64,000 bases of DNA, taken from Microbacteriaceae bacterium. Its GTDB lineage: Bacteria; Actinomycetota; Actinomycetes; Actinomycetales; Microbacteriaceae. Positions within the stretch are counted from its first letter, which is position 1. Every line of letters begins with the position of its first letter. The stretch lies in assembly GCA_039922875.1 (NCBI GenBank), contig JBDTDV010000067.1:16840-80839 (forward strand), in the 5' to 3' direction. Of this stretch, positions 54,646 to 64,000 are shown piece by piece. A program made the position numbers and the translations under genes. Below the pieces are notes generated by a model, which was given only the letters and a program-made list of their open reading frames with translations, did no database searches and was not told the origin of the DNA.

Positions 54646-55883
54646 GGAGCGACATGCACTCCCTTGGCGACCACGGTGATGCCGGAGTCGGTCACGGTGA
54701 ACCCCCTGGCTCGGTCTTGGTCCGGGTCGACACCGATCCGCGCGCCGGCCTGGACGACGACATCTTTGTCGAGAATGGCCCTGCCGACGAAGGCGTCTGG
54801 CTCAATACGCACCTTGTCGAACACCACCGAGTCGACCACGTGAGCGCCCGATTCCACCTTGGCCCACGGCCCGAGCACGCTGCGCTCCAGATGCGCGCCG
54901 GAGATCACCGAGCCCAGCGAGACGATCGAGTCGATCGTAGATCCCAGCGCACCCCGGCCGTCACGGACGATCTTGGCCGGCGGCGAATTCAACTGCTGGC
55001 TGAAGATCGGCCACTCCCGGTTGTACAGGTTGAACACGGGGAGCGTCGAGATCAGGTCCTGATGCGCATCGAAGAACGAGTCGATGGTGCCGACGTCGCG
55101 CCAGTAATAGCGATCCCGGTCGGTGGCTCCAGGGACGTCGTTCCTGATGAAATCGTAGACCGCCGCGTCATTGCGCGTGACGAAGTCCGGGATGATGTCA
55201 CCGCCCATGTCGTGGCTGGAGTCCGGCCGGTCGGCATCCCTGATCACCGCGTCGATGAGCGCGTCGGCGGTGAACACGTAGTTCCCCATCGACGCAAGTA
55301 CCTCATTCGGCGAATCCGCAATTCCGATCGGATCGGTTGGCTTCTCCAGAAAGGCGCTGATCCGATCCGGTCGGTCCCGATCGACCTCGATCACCCCGAA
55401 CTGGTCGGCGAGCGAAATCGGCTGCCGAATGGCGGCGACGGTCGCACCGGCGCCGGACTCGATGTGAGCGTTGATCATCCCGCCGAAGTCCATCCGGTAT
55501 ACGTGGTCGGCGCCGACCACGACGACGATATCCGGCTGCTCGTCTCTGAGCAGGTTCAGGCTCTGCAGGATCGCGTCGGCCGAGCCGCTGAACCACCGCT
55601 TGCCCAGTCGCTGCTGGGCCGGCACCGAGGCGACGTAGGAGTTCAGCAGGCCGGACAACCGCCAGGTCTGCGACACGTGCCGATCCAGGCTGTGCGACTT
55701 GTACTGGGTGAGCACAACGATCTGGGTCAGCCGTGAGTTGATCAAGTTCGACAACGCAAAGTCGATCAACCGATACTGTCCACCGAACGGGACGGCGGGT
55801 TTCGCGCGGTCCGCCGTCAGCGGCATCAGCCGCTTCCCCTCGCCGCCGGCCAACACGATTCCGAAAATCTTTTTCGCAGCCAT
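54642..55883 (-). CDS. glgC: Glucose-1-phosphate adenylyltransferase
   Basis: 413 aa. [13 protein letters not shown] and [10 protein letters not shown] motifs, with a left-handed beta-helix C-terminus. Confidence 0.95.
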   Translation of the reverse strand: MAAKKIFGIVLAGGEGKRLMPLTADRAKPAVPFGGQYRLIDFALSNLINSRLTQIVVLTQYKSHSLDRHVSQTWRLSGLLNSYVASVPAQQRLGKRWFSGSADAILQSLNLLRDEQPDIVVVVGADHVYRMDFGGMINAHIESGAGATVAAIRQPISLADQFGVIEVDRDRPDRISAFLEKPTDPIGIADSPNEVLASMGNYVFTADALIDAVIRDADRPDSSHDMGGDIIPDFVTRNDAAVYDFIRNDVPGATDRDRYYWRDVGTIDSFFDAHQDLISTLPVFNLYNREWPIFSQQLNSPPAKIVRDGRGALGSTIDSIVSLGSVISGAHLERSVLGPWAKVESGAHVVDSVVFDKVRIEPDAFVGRAILDKDVVVQAGARIGVDPDQDRARGFTVTDSGITVVAKGVHVAP

Positions 55884-55929
55884 GGCTCCACAGTAGAGCC
55901 ACGGGTATGGGTGTACTAGCGTTCACGTC

Positions 55930-57114
55930 ATGCGAGTTGATCTGTTGTCCCGCGAATTCCCACCGGAAATCTACGGCGGCGCCGGCGTTCATGCCGCCGA
56001 GCTGACCAAGGCACTGCGCGAGCAGGTCGAAGTCGTCGTGCGCTGCTTCGGCGCACCGCGTACCGCCGCGGGCGTTTTCGCATACCCGATTCCGGCCGAG
56101 TTGGATGGCGCGAATCCGGCCCTGACGACGCTCGGGGTCGATCTGCAAATGGCCAGGGATGTGGCCGGGGCCGACCTGGTGCATTCGCACACCTGGTACG
56201 CCAACGGTGCCGGACATCTGGCCAAACTGCTGCACGGCCTGCCCCACGTGGTCACCGCGCACAGCCTGGAGCCGCTGCGACCGTGGAAGGCCGAGCAGCT
56301 CGGCGGGGGGTACCGGGTCTCCAGTTGGATCGAGCGCACCGCCTTCGAGGGTGCGGACGCCGTGATTGCGGTCAGTGGCGGAATGCGCCGCGATATCCTG
56401 CGCTGTTATCCCCGGCTGGACGAACAGCGCGTGCACGTGATCTACAACGGCATCGACCTACAGCGTTGGCGGCCGAACCACGATCCGGAGGCCGTCCGCG
56501 CCCTCGGCATCGATCCGGACCGGCCCGCCGTCGTCTTCGTCGGCCGGATCACCCGGCAGAAAGGACTGCCCTATCTGTTGCGGGCCGCCGCCGCGCTGCC
56601 TGCTGACGCCCAACTGATCCTGTGTGCCGGAGCGCCCGATACCGCCGAGATTCTTGCCGAAGTGACCGCGGGCGTCCGGGCCCTCCAGGAGGAGCGGGAC
56701 GCGGTGGTGTGGATCGACCGGCTGCTTAGCCAAAGCGAGTTGACCGCGGTGCTCAGCGCCTCGACCGTGTTCGTCTGCCCATCGATCTACGAGCCACTGG
56801 GAATCGTGAACCTGGAGGCGATGGCCTGTGCCATCCCGGTGGTCGGTACCGCCACCGGGGGCATCCCGGAAGTGGTCGTCGACGGGGTGACCGGCCGATT
56901 GGTCCCCATCGACCAGCTGGACGACGGCACGGGCACACCGACCGATCCTGATCGCTTCGTCGCCGACCTCGCGGCAGCGATTTCCGAGGTCCTGGCCAAC
57001 CCTGCCCTCGCGGCCGAGATGGGACGTTCGGGTCGGCTTCGGGCGGAATCCGAGTTCGGCTGGAGTCGGATCGCCGGTGAAACGCTCGAGGTCTACCGGT
57101 CGCTGCTGGCCTGA
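55930..57114 (+). CDS. glgA: GT4 glycogen synthase (GlgA / GlgM-type alpha-glucan synthase)
   Basis: 394 aa. Divergent from glgC. YGGAGVH and EPLGIVNLEAMACAIPVV GT-B motifs. Confidence 0.85.
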   Translation: MRVDLLSREFPPEIYGGAGVHAAELTKALREQVEVVVRCFGAPRTAAGVFAYPIPAELDGANPALTTLGVDLQMARDVAGADLVHSHTWYANGAGHLAKLLHGLPHVVTAHSLEPLRPWKAEQLGGGYRVSSWIERTAFEGADAVIAVSGGMRRDILRCYPRLDEQRVHVIYNGIDLQRWRPNHDPEAVRALGIDPDRPAVVFVGRITRQKGLPYLLRAAAALPADAQLILCAGAPDTAEILAEVTAGVRALQEERDAVVWIDRLLSQSELTAVLSASTVFVCPSIYEPLGIVNLEAMACAIPVVGTATGGIPEVVVDGVTGRLVPIDQLDDGTGTPTDPDRFVADLAAAISEVLANPALAAEMGRSGRLRAESEFGWSRIAGETLEVYRSLLA

Positions 57115-57137
57115 TTCGCACCGGTAGGCTAGAACCC

Positions 57138-57935
57138 ATGCCCAGCGTTCTCACCTTCACCGACGTGTCCGTTATCCGCGGCGGAACTGCCATCGTGGAT
57201 GCCGTCGATTGGAATGTGACCGACGACCAGCGTTGGGTAATCCTCGGTTCTAACGGCGCGGGGAAGACCACCATTCTGCAGATCGCCGCCGCGGCTATGC
57301 ACCCGAGCCGCGGCACCGCCGCGATTCTCGGCGAGCGGCTGGGCGCCGTGGATGTCTTCGAGCTGCGCCCGAGGATCGGTTTTGCCTCCACCGCGATGAG
57401 CAAGCGAATTCCGCCGACCGAGACGGTCCTCGACGTGGTGCTGACTGCCGCCTACTCGGTGACCGGCCGGTGGAACGAGCAGTACGAGGGAATCGACATT
57501 CGACGAGCCGAGCGGGTGCTGAGCGAATGGAAGCTCGCGCAGCTGAAGGACCGGAGGTTCGGTGACCTCAGCGACGGGGAACAGAAGCGGGTGCAGATCG
57601 CCCGGGCGGTGATGACCGACCCGGAGCTGCTGTTGCTCGACGAGCCGGCCGCGAGCCTCGATCTCGGGGCCAGGGAAGAACTCGTTCAGCTACTCGGCGG
57701 ATACGCCAGTGACCCGGGTTCCCCGGCCATCGTGATGGTCACCCACCATGTGGAGGAGATTCCGCGCGGATTCACTCATGCCCTGCTGCTGGCAGCGGGA
57801 GCGGTGGTGGCCGCCGGGCCGTTGAACGCGGTTTTGACCGCGGAAAACCTCAGCGCCGCATTCGGGCTCGACATCGAGGTCGCCGAGTCCGACGGACGCT
57901 ACACCGCCAGAGCCAGCCAAGCCACACCGGCCTAA
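57138..57935 (+). CDS. Orphan ABC transporter ATP-binding protein (ModF/YlmA-like)
   Basis: 265 aa. [17 protein letters not shown] and LLLLDEP motifs. No permease gene is adjacent. ATG lies 7 nt after TAGGCT. Confidence 0.8.
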   Translation: MPSVLTFTDVSVIRGGTAIVDAVDWNVTDDQRWVILGSNGAGKTTILQIAAAAMHPSRGTAAILGERLGAVDVFELRPRIGFASTAMSKRIPPTETVLDVVLTAAYSVTGRWNEQYEGIDIRRAERVLSEWKLAQLKDRRFGDLSDGEQKRVQIARAVMTDPELLLLDEPAASLDLGAREELVQLLGGYASDPGSPAIVMVTHHVEEIPRGFTHALLLAAGAVVAAGPLNAVLTAENLSAAFGLDIEVAESDGRYTARASQATPA

Positions 57936-58003
57936 CCGTCGGCGCCGGTCTGCTAAACTCAATGGCTGGCCACCGATACGATCATGCACAAAAGGAAACT
58001 CTC

Positions 58004-58255
58004 ATGAAGTCCGATATCCATCCGAACTACGCACCAGTGGTCTTCCGCGACCTTGCTTCAGGGGTGGCGTTCCTGACCCGCTCCACGGTTGGCAGTGCGA
58101 AGACGATCGAGTGGGAAGACGGCAATTCGTACCCGGTGATCGACGTTGAGATCTCCTCCGCTTCACACCCGTTCTACACCGGCAAGCAGCGCATCCTGGA
58201 CTCCGCCGGTCGCGTGGAGAAGTTCAACTCCCGTTACAAGGGATTCGGCAAGTAA
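58004..58255 (+). CDS. rpmE2: 50S ribosomal protein L31, type B (Cys-less)
   Basis: Internal ATG 58004 after [23 protein letters not shown], with no CxxC zinc ribbon. Confidence 0.9.
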   Translation: MKSDIHPNYAPVVFRDLASGVAFLTRSTVGSAKTIEWEDGNSYPVIDVEISSASHPFYTGKQRILDSAGRVEKFNSRYKGFGK

Positions 58256-58999
58256 CTCGTCGGCACGTAGCCTGTCTGCAAGCAACTCGTCGGCATAGGC
58301 CCGTTCTGGCACGGCCCGTTCCGGCCAACCGCTTTGGCAGGTGAAAGCCGGGTCGTGAGTGCGACGCATGTAGGCCTGGAAGTCGGTGGCCTGCTGCTGG
58401 CACCAGCCGATTTGCAACCGGTGCAGTTCGGCGGCGTCGATGCCTAATTGTGCCGGGTACGCTCGAGCGATGGCCTGAGCTACGCGGCCCGCTGCGATGG
58501 CATCCGCTCCGGCATCGTGCGCGTCGGCAAGATCGACACCGTAAAACAGGCTGGCCGCCGTAAGGGTCCGCTTGCCCTTACGGTATTTGTCGACCGCGCG
58601 GTCGATGACCAGCGGGTCGATCACCGGGAACGGGTCGGCCAGCGGGGCGATGCCGTGGCGGGTGGCCTCTCGGTTGAGCAGGGTCAGGTCGTACGGCGCG
58701 TTGTACGCCACCAGCGCCAGTCCGCGCCGGAACCCGCTGCGGATGGCGGCAATGATCTCGGCGATGACATCAGCAGCCGCTCGGCCGTTAGCCCTGGCGA
58801 CCGCTGTGCTGATTCCGTGCACCGCACTGGCTTGCATCGGGATCTCGATGCCGGGGTCGGCGAGCCAATCCAGACGCTCCAGCACCGAACCGTCGGCATC
58901 GATCACTCCGACGTGGGCGCTGACAATGCGCGCAGTTTCGACATCGACGCCGGTGGTCTCCAGATCGAAGACGGCCAGCCGGTCAAACCAATTGCTCAT
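58163..58999 (-). CDS. DnaQ-like 3'-5' exonuclease (DEDDh)
   Basis: 278 aa. FDLETTG (Exo I), YNAPYDL (Exo II) and HDAGADA (Exo III). The C-terminal tail carries peptide repeats and reads antisense through the rpmE2 3' end. Confidence 0.8.
   Translation of the reverse strand: MSNWFDRLAVFDLETTGVDVETARIVSAHVGVIDADGSVLERLDWLADPGIEIPMQASAVHGISTAVARANGRAAADVIAEIIAAIRSGFRRGLALVAYNAPYDLTLLNREATRHGIAPLADPFPVIDPLVIDRAVDKYRKGKRTLTAASLFYGVDLADAHDAGADAIAAGRVAQAIARAYPAQLGIDAAELHRLQIGWCQQQATDFQAYMRRTHDPAFTCQSGWPERAVPERAYADELLADRLRADELLAESLVTGVELLHATGGVQDALLAGVERV
58248..58325. repeat. Two pairs of short direct repeats at the rpmE2/exonuclease junction
   Basis: GCAAGyAACTCGTCGGCA at 58248 and 58278 (30-nt period). 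GGCCCGTTCyGGC at 58298 and 58313 (15-nt period). Confidence 0.8.
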
Positions 59000-59005
59000 G
59001 CGATG

Positions 59006-59027
59006 AGTGTATGGGCAGCCGGCGACA
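59006..59027 (-). promoter_or_regulatory. RecA-NDp/PafBC-type promoter of the DnaQ-like exonuclease (TGTCG-N11-TACACT)
   Basis: The minus strand reads TGTCGccggctgcccaTACACT, with ATG 58999 lying 6 nt after the -10. Confidence 0.5.
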
Positions 59028-59050
59028 TCGCCGCCGGCGACAAGCCGAGC

Positions 59051-60775
59051 TTACTTCTGGCCGGGTTCCATGTGCAGCCAGTAGAAGCTCTGGGTACCCA
59101 GGGTCAGGCTGAACCGGCCGTCGTCGGCGATGGTCGGGAAGCGCCCGCCGCCGAACAGGTCGTACAGCGTGTGCCCGGCGAAGCCCGGTGCATCGATGGT
59201 GACCGCGATGGGGTTGTGCGCGAAACTGAACACGCACAACACATCCTCCGGTTGGTCGCCGAAGTGCAACCCGGTGCCGGCGTAGGAGCGGACGAACGCC
59301 AGCACCGACTCGTGGTCGGTCTGCAGCACCTGAAGGGAGCCAAGTCCGAAGGTGGGATGAGCCTTTCGCACGTGGATCACGTTGCGGACCCAATGCAGCA
59401 GGGAACGTGATTGGGCCAGCTGCGATTCGACGTTGATCTGGTTGTAGTGGTAGACCAGCGACTGCACCACAGGCAGGAACAGTTTGCCCGGGTCAGCCGC
59501 GGAGAATCCGGCATTGCGATCCGGGGTCCACTGCATCGGGGTGCGCGAACTGTCCCGATCGGGCAACCAGATGTTGTCGCCCATTCCGATCTCGTCCCCG
59601 TAGTACAGAAACGGACTGCCCGGCAAGGAGAACAGCAGCGCGTGGGCGAGTTCCATCTCGGCCCTGGAATTGTCCAGCAGCGGCGCGAGCCGGCGCCGGA
59701 TCCCGATGTTGGCGCGCATCCGTGGGTCGTAGGCGTACCAGCCGTACATGGCCTGGCGGTATTCCTCAGACACCATCTCCAGGGTCAGTTCGTCGTGATT
59801 GCGCAAGAACACGCCCCAGCCGGCACTCTTCGGGATGTCGGTGGTCTCGGTTAACACATTGATCAGTTCGGCCGCCTGCTGGGAGCGCAACGAATAGAAG
59901 ATCCGGGGCATCACCGGGAAGTCGAACGCCATGTGGCATTCCGGCTCGTCCTCACTACCGAAGAACGCCGCGACCTCACGGGGCCATTGGTTCGCCTCAG
60001 CGATCATCACCCGCCCGGGATACTCCAGGTCGACCATCGCGCGCAGCTTCTTGATGAACTCGTGTGTCGGCGGCTCGCCCTCGCCGTTGCCGTCCTCCGA
60101 CTCGTAGAGGTATGGGATGGCGTCCAGCCGAAAGCCGTCCACGCCCATGTCCAGCCAGTACCTGATCACCTCGAACATCGCCTCGTGGACGGCCGGATTC
60201 TCGAAGTTGAGGTCCGGCTGGTGGGAGAAGAATCGATGGAAAAAGAACTGCCGGCGCTCCGGGTCGAATGCCCAATTGGAGTCTTCGGTGTCGATGAAGA
60301 TGATCCGCATGTTCGGGTACTTCTGGTCGGTGTCGCTCCAAACGTAGAAGTCGCCGAATTCCCCGTCCGGATGCTCCCTGGACTGCTGGAACCACTCGTG
60401 CTGGTCAGAGGTGTGATTGACCGGCAGGTCGATCACGATCCGCATGTTCCGTTCGTGCGCCTTCGTCACCAGATCTTTGAATTCTTCAACGGTGCCGAAC
60501 TCGGGCAGGATCGTCGTGAAATCTGAGACGTCGTAGCCGCCGTCGCGCAGTGGCGAGGTGAAGAATGGCGGCAGCCACAGCGCATCCACCCCCAGCCATT
60601 GCAGGTAGTCCAGCTTTGAGATCAGACCCTGCAGGTCACCTGAGCCGTCGCCGTTCGAGTCGACAAACGACCTGACCATGACCTCGTAGAAGACGGCACG
60701 CCGGTACCATTGCGGGTTGAGCGTCAGTCCTGGCAACTGGATCGGTGCAGTGAAGCTCACAGTTCTCCTTGTCAC
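59051..60775 (-). CDS. treS: Maltose alpha-D-glucosyltransferase / trehalose synthase TreS
   Basis: 574 aa GH13 protein. WYRRAVFYEV, GVDGFRLDAIPYL, FLRNHDELTLEM and YYGDEIGM motifs. There is no fused maltokinase domain. Confidence 0.93.
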   Translation of the reverse strand: MTRRTVSFTAPIQLPGLTLNPQWYRRAVFYEVMVRSFVDSNGDGSGDLQGLISKLDYLQWLGVDALWLPPFFTSPLRDGGYDVSDFTTILPEFGTVEEFKDLVTKAHERNMRIVIDLPVNHTSDQHEWFQQSREHPDGEFGDFYVWSDTDQKYPNMRIIFIDTEDSNWAFDPERRQFFFHRFFSHQPDLNFENPAVHEAMFEVIRYWLDMGVDGFRLDAIPYLYESEDGNGEGEPPTHEFIKKLRAMVDLEYPGRVMIAEANQWPREVAAFFGSEDEPECHMAFDFPVMPRIFYSLRSQQAAELINVLTETTDIPKSAGWGVFLRNHDELTLEMVSEEYRQAMYGWYAYDPRMRANIGIRRRLAPLLDNSRAEMELAHALLFSLPGSPFLYYGDEIGMGDNIWLPDRDSSRTPMQWTPDRNAGFSAADPGKLFLPVVQSLVYHYNQINVESQLAQSRSLLHWVRNVIHVRKAHPTFGLGSLQVLQTDHESVLAFVRSYAGTGLHFGDQPEDVLCVFSFAHNPIAVTIDAPGFAGHTLYDLFGGGRFPTIADDGRFSLTLGTQSFYWLHMEPGQK

Positions 60776-60852
60776 CGCGGCAGCGGAATCGCAGGTGTCG
60801 TGTCGAGTCTAGGACGGTAAGGCACAAGTATCGCCGGATAAACTTGACCGCG

Positions 60853-61800
60853 ATGACCGTCACCTCTCCGTTCCACGACCAGCTGAGCCGGATCCCGGTG
60901 CGGGCTGCCTCCATCGAGCTGGCCGGACGGGTCACCAGGTACTGGGAGTATGGCGACCCGGGCGCAGCGGTAACCCTCGTCCTGGTGCACGGTTTCCGCG
61001 GCGACCATCACGGCCTCGAGCCGGTGGTGGCGCAGCTGCCCGGACTGCGGATGATCTGCCCGGACCTGCCCGGTTTCGGGGAGTCGGAGCCGCTTGGCGG
61101 CCGGCACGATCTGGCCGGCTACGCCGGCTGGCTGCGGGCGCTCATCACGAAGCTGGAGATCGAGAAGGATTTCCTGCTCCTGGGACACTCGTTCGGCTCG
61201 ATAGTGGTCAGTGCCGCGCTGGCTCCCGACCCGATCGAGCCGACAGACTATCCGCCGCGCCGTCCAGACCGGCTGATCCTGATCAATCCGATCGCCGCAC
61301 CGGCGTTGCAGGGACCACGCGGCATCCTGACCCGCCTGGCGGTCTTCTACTATTGGCTGGCGTCGATCCTTCCGGACCGGCTCGGCTTCGCACTCCTGCG
61401 CAACCGGGTGATCGTCCGGGTGATGAGTATGGCGATGGCCAAGACACGGGATCGTTCCCTGCGCGGCTGGATCCACGATCAGCATGACCGCTATTTCAGC
61501 GCCTTCTCGGACCGGAAGGTCGTGCTGGAGGCGTTCCGGGCATCCGTCGGCGCCGACGTCAGCAGCTTTGCGGCCATGATCACCGTGCCCACCTTGCTGA
61601 TCGCCGCAGAACGGGACGACATCACCGCGCTGCCGGCACAATATCGCCTGGCCGCCCTGTTCCCGGATGCCACCCTGCGGGTCATTGCGGGCGTGGGGCA
61701 CCTGATCCACTACGAGGCGCCGGAGCAGGCCGCGCAATACATCCGCGAGTTCCTCGCCAGCCGGCCAGATCCCTCGGCGAGGCCGGGGGAACCATCGTGA
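60853..61800 (+). CDS. Alpha/beta hydrolase
   Basis: Internal ATG 60853. LVHGFRGDHHG, nucleophile elbow GHSFGS and C-terminal GVGHLIHYE. Confidence 0.8.
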   Translation: MTVTSPFHDQLSRIPVRAASIELAGRVTRYWEYGDPGAAVTLVLVHGFRGDHHGLEPVVAQLPGLRMICPDLPGFGESEPLGGRHDLAGYAGWLRALITKLEIEKDFLLLGHSFGSIVVSAALAPDPIEPTDYPPRRPDRLILINPIAAPALQGPRGILTRLAVFYYWLASILPDRLGFALLRNRVIVRVMSMAMAKTRDRSLRGWIHDQHDRYFSAFSDRKVVLEAFRASVGADVSSFAAMITVPTLLIAAERDDITALPAQYRLAALFPDATLRVIAGVGHLIHYEAPEQAAQYIREFLASRPDPSARPGEPS

Positions 61801-62882
61801 GGATCGTATTCGACTGCCGATACACCAGGATCGATCACCACGACGGCATCAGCCGGTACACCGCCGGCCTGGTGGCGGCGCTGGCCCGGCTGCATCCGCT
61901 GACCATGCTGATCAGCGACCACCGGCAGTTGGCTATGCTCCCGGAGCTGCCCTGGGAGCTGATCGCGGCGCCGACCAGCGTCGCGGAACCGCTGGTCGCC
62001 CGATCGGTGAACCGGCTGAAACCCGATGTGGTCTTCAGCCCGATGCAGACCATGGGGTCCTGGAGACGGGACTATGCACTGGTGCTGACCGTGCATGACC
62101 TGATCTACTACACCAACCGCACGCCACCGAGGGATCTGGCCTGGCCGATTCGGTTGCTCTGGCGGCTCTACCATCTCGCCTGGTGGCCGCAACGGGTGCT
62201 GCTGAACCGCGCGGATGCCGTGGTCACGGTATCGGAGACCACCAAGCGGCTGATCGCCGCGCACCGGCTGACCACGCGCCCGGTCAGCGTCGTGCCGAAC
62301 GCGGCCGGGTCGGCAGCATCCGACAGCGTCCAGGACCCTGCGCCACGCCGTCGCAGCTTGGTCTACATGGGCTCGTTCATGCCGTACAAGAATGTGGAAA
62401 CGCTGGTGACGGCGATGCGCAGCCTGGGCGACTACGAATTGCACCTGATGAGCAAGATCTCACCGGCACAGCGGGCCCGGCTGACCGCCCTCGCGCCGGA
62501 TGCCGCGCTGATCTTCCACGACGGGGCCAGCGACACCGAATATCACGACTGCCTACGGCGGGCGACCGCGCTGGTTACGGCCTCGCTCGACGAGGGATTC
62601 GGTATCCCACTGCTGGAGGCCATGAGCCTGGGCACTCCGGTCGTGGTCAGCGACATCCCGATATTCCGCGAGATCGCGGGGGAGGCGGCCAGCTATTTCA
62701 GCCCCAGGGATGCACCGGCCCTGGCCGAAGCCGTTCGTGCGCTCCAGGTGCCGGAGGTGTGGCAGCCGAAGTCCGCGCAATCGCGGCTGATCGCGAGCCG
62801 GTACAGCTGGGACACCTCGGCAAAGCGGCTACTGACCGTGCTGACCACGACGGCCGCGCAGAACTCCCGCGGCCTCAGCTGA
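61797..62882 (+). CDS. Glycosyltransferase family 4 (GT-B)
   Basis: 361 aa. EGFGIPLLEAMSLGTPVVVSD motif. GTGA overlap with the hydrolase gene. Confidence 0.8.
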   Translation: MRIVFDCRYTRIDHHDGISRYTAGLVAALARLHPLTMLISDHRQLAMLPELPWELIAAPTSVAEPLVARSVNRLKPDVVFSPMQTMGSWRRDYALVLTVHDLIYYTNRTPPRDLAWPIRLLWRLYHLAWWPQRVLLNRADAVVTVSETTKRLIAAHRLTTRPVSVVPNAAGSAASDSVQDPAPRRRSLVYMGSFMPYKNVETLVTAMRSLGDYELHLMSKISPAQRARLTALAPDAALIFHDGASDTEYHDCLRRATALVTASLDEGFGIPLLEAMSLGTPVVVSDIPIFREIAGEAASYFSPRDAPALAEAVRALQVPEVWQPKSAQSRLIASRYSWDTSAKRLLTVLTTTAAQNSRGLS

Positions 62883-63474
62883 CCGCCGCGGTGAACAGGT
62901 CATAATCCTCGGGCCGGAGATTGAATCTGTCCAACTCCAGCACGCCGTCCCGGAGCACGAAGTCATGCACCGACCCGTTCGGGATCACGTCGCCGGGCTT
63001 TGGCAGCGCATGGTGCGTCACGTACCGGACCAGGGAAGCGATCACCCCGCCGTGGCTGACCACGATCAGCGACTGCCCGCGATGCTCCTCGGCGAGCGCG
63101 CGAAGTTCAGCCAGCGACCGGTCGGCCACCTGATCCCGGCTCTCTCGTCCGGGAACCTCGGCACCGTCGGGGAAACGAGCCAGGATCTGCGCTCCGGTGA
63201 GCCCTTCGACCTCGCCGTAGGCGCGCTCGGCGAGCCCGGGCAGGATACCCGGCTCGGCCAGACCGAGACCATCGGCGATGATGCAGGCCGTCTCCCGAGC
63301 CCGGCCGAGGGGGCTGGAGAAGATGGCGTCCCAGCGGCGGCGGCGAAACGCCTCGCCGACCGCCCTGGCCTGGGCCCGCCCGGTGTCGTTCAACGGGATG
63401 TCACTGCTGCCCTGGATCCGCTTGGCCAGATTCCAATCCGTCTGGCCGTGCCGCACGAGCGACAACTTGGTCAC
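62875..63474 (-). CDS. Histidine phosphatase (phosphoglycerate mutase/CobC-like) family protein
   Basis: 199 aa. LVRHGQTDWN catalytic motif. GTGA overlap with the upstream Sir2 gene. Confidence 0.85.
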   Translation of the reverse strand: MTKLSLVRHGQTDWNLAKRIQGSSDIPLNDTGRAQARAVGEAFRRRRWDAIFSSPLGRARETACIIADGLGLAEPGILPGLAERAYGEVEGLTGAQILARFPDGAEVPGRESRDQVADRSLAELRALAEEHRGQSLIVVSHGGVIASLVRYVTHHALPKPGDVIPNGSVHDFVLRDGVLELDRFNLRPEDYDLFTAAVS

Positions 63475-64000
63475 GTGACTTCCCTCCGATCCCCGTGGGT
63501 GTGCACTAGCTCGGCCAGCGCCTTCAACGCCTGCGACGTTCCGGTATCCAGCTTAATGGTTGCCCGGTCGTCGCCCTTGGTGACCCCCCGGTTGATGATG
63601 ATCACCGGCATCCTGCGGCGCCTGGCCTGCTCCAGAAGCCGGATGCCGGAATTGACCACCAGGGAGGATCCGGCGATCAGCATGGCGTCGGCCTGCGAGA
63701 CCAGAGCCGTGGCCTCGATGAACCGCTGCGTCGGCACAAACTCGCCGAAAAAGACCACGTCTGGCTTGAGCATCCCACCGCAGACCGTGCAGACCGGCAC
63801 CACGAAGTCGGCCACGGCGGCGACCTCGGCGTCACCGTCGGGGGCGATCACCACGGCATCCGGCTCACGCAGCCAGGGATTGGTCGCCTCGATGCGTGCG
63901 CTGATGCTCTGCCGCGCAAACGCCTGCCCGCAGGTCAGGCACAGCACCTGGGTCACTGAACCGTGCAGCTCGACCTGCCTGCGGGTGCCCGCCTGGGTGT
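63471..64000 (-). CDS. NAD-dependent protein deacylase (Sir2/CobB family), 5' end outside window
   Basis: The frame stays open to the window edge (..VELHGSVTQVLCLTCG..). Zn-ribbon CLTCG..CTVCGG. GSSLVV motif. Confidence 0.85.
   Translation of the reverse strand, partial: TQAGTRRQVELHGSVTQVLCLTCGQAFARQSISARIEATNPWLREPDAVVIAPDGDAEVAAVADFVVPVCTVCGGMLKPDVVFFGEFVPTQRFIEATALVSQADAMLIAGSSLVVNSGIRLLEQARRRRMPVIIINRGVTKGDDRATIKLDTGTSQALKALAELVHTHGDRREVT

Noticed and set aside
57936-58003. Zur box upstream of type-B L31
   Set aside because: There is no AT-rich palindrome of the TGAAAATGATTTTCA type in the 68-bp upstream region.
63471-64000. Sir2 domain as a defence-system effector (Thoeris, DSR or SIR2-HerA type)
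   Set aside because: The sequence has the CobB-type Zn ribbon (CLTCG..CTVCGG) and a small size consistent with a protein deacylase. There are no partner defence genes and the context is housekeeping.

Overview
This is a high-GC (roughly 62-64% by eye) actinobacterial core-chromosome segment with almost no non-coding space. I call about 62 CDS, one tRNA-Leu(CAA) and one insertion sequence.

Gene content, in order:
- a partial carboxylesterase, pdtaR and polA
- a molybdenum-cofactor / formate-dehydrogenase-like cluster (moeA, DUF6457, mobA, fdhD, an FdhF/YdeP-like oxidoreductase)
- acn, then rpsA-coaE-uvrB-uvrA-uvrC-rapZ-whiA
- sodA and gap-pgk-tpiA-secG-rbpA
- the pentose-phosphate block tkt-tal-pgi-zwf-opcA-pgl on the minus strand
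- ctaB/ctaA and a suf operon (sufB-sufD-Rieske-sufC-sufT)
- bioY, an ABC-F ATPase and a DUF3099 / small Cys protein / SURF1 operon
- fabG, glgC-serB, glgA, type-B L31, a DnaQ-like exonuclease and treS
- a hydrolase-glycosyltransferase pair and a histidine-phosphatase / Sir2 pair

From memory, the order matches two conserved actinobacterial synteny blocks (M. tuberculosis Rv1626-Rv1638 and Rv1420-Rv1483) in condensed form.

I did not find a convincing new multi-gene system such as a defence island, CRISPR array, prophage or biosynthetic cluster. The observations most worth follow-up are:
1. A shared TGTCR-N11-TAnnnT promoter motif (RecA-NDp / PafBC type) sits directly against leaderless starts of polA, uvrB, uvrA and the DnaQ-like exonuclease.
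2. Conserved operons have lost expected members: there is no yvcK/cuvA between rapZ and whiA, and no sufR/sufS/sufU in the suf locus. A 335-bp AT-rich non-coding leader lies where sufR normally sits.
3. A translationally coupled DUF3099 / CxxxxC..CxxH mini-protein / SURF1 operon.
4. A 1.37-kb IS with duplicated 36-bp terminal modules is inserted in the divergent regulator/rpsA promoter region.
5. Several short tandem repeats lie at gene boundaries, and some convergent CDS overlaps are unusually long.

All functional calls rest on recognising the translated sequences by eye. No database search was run.
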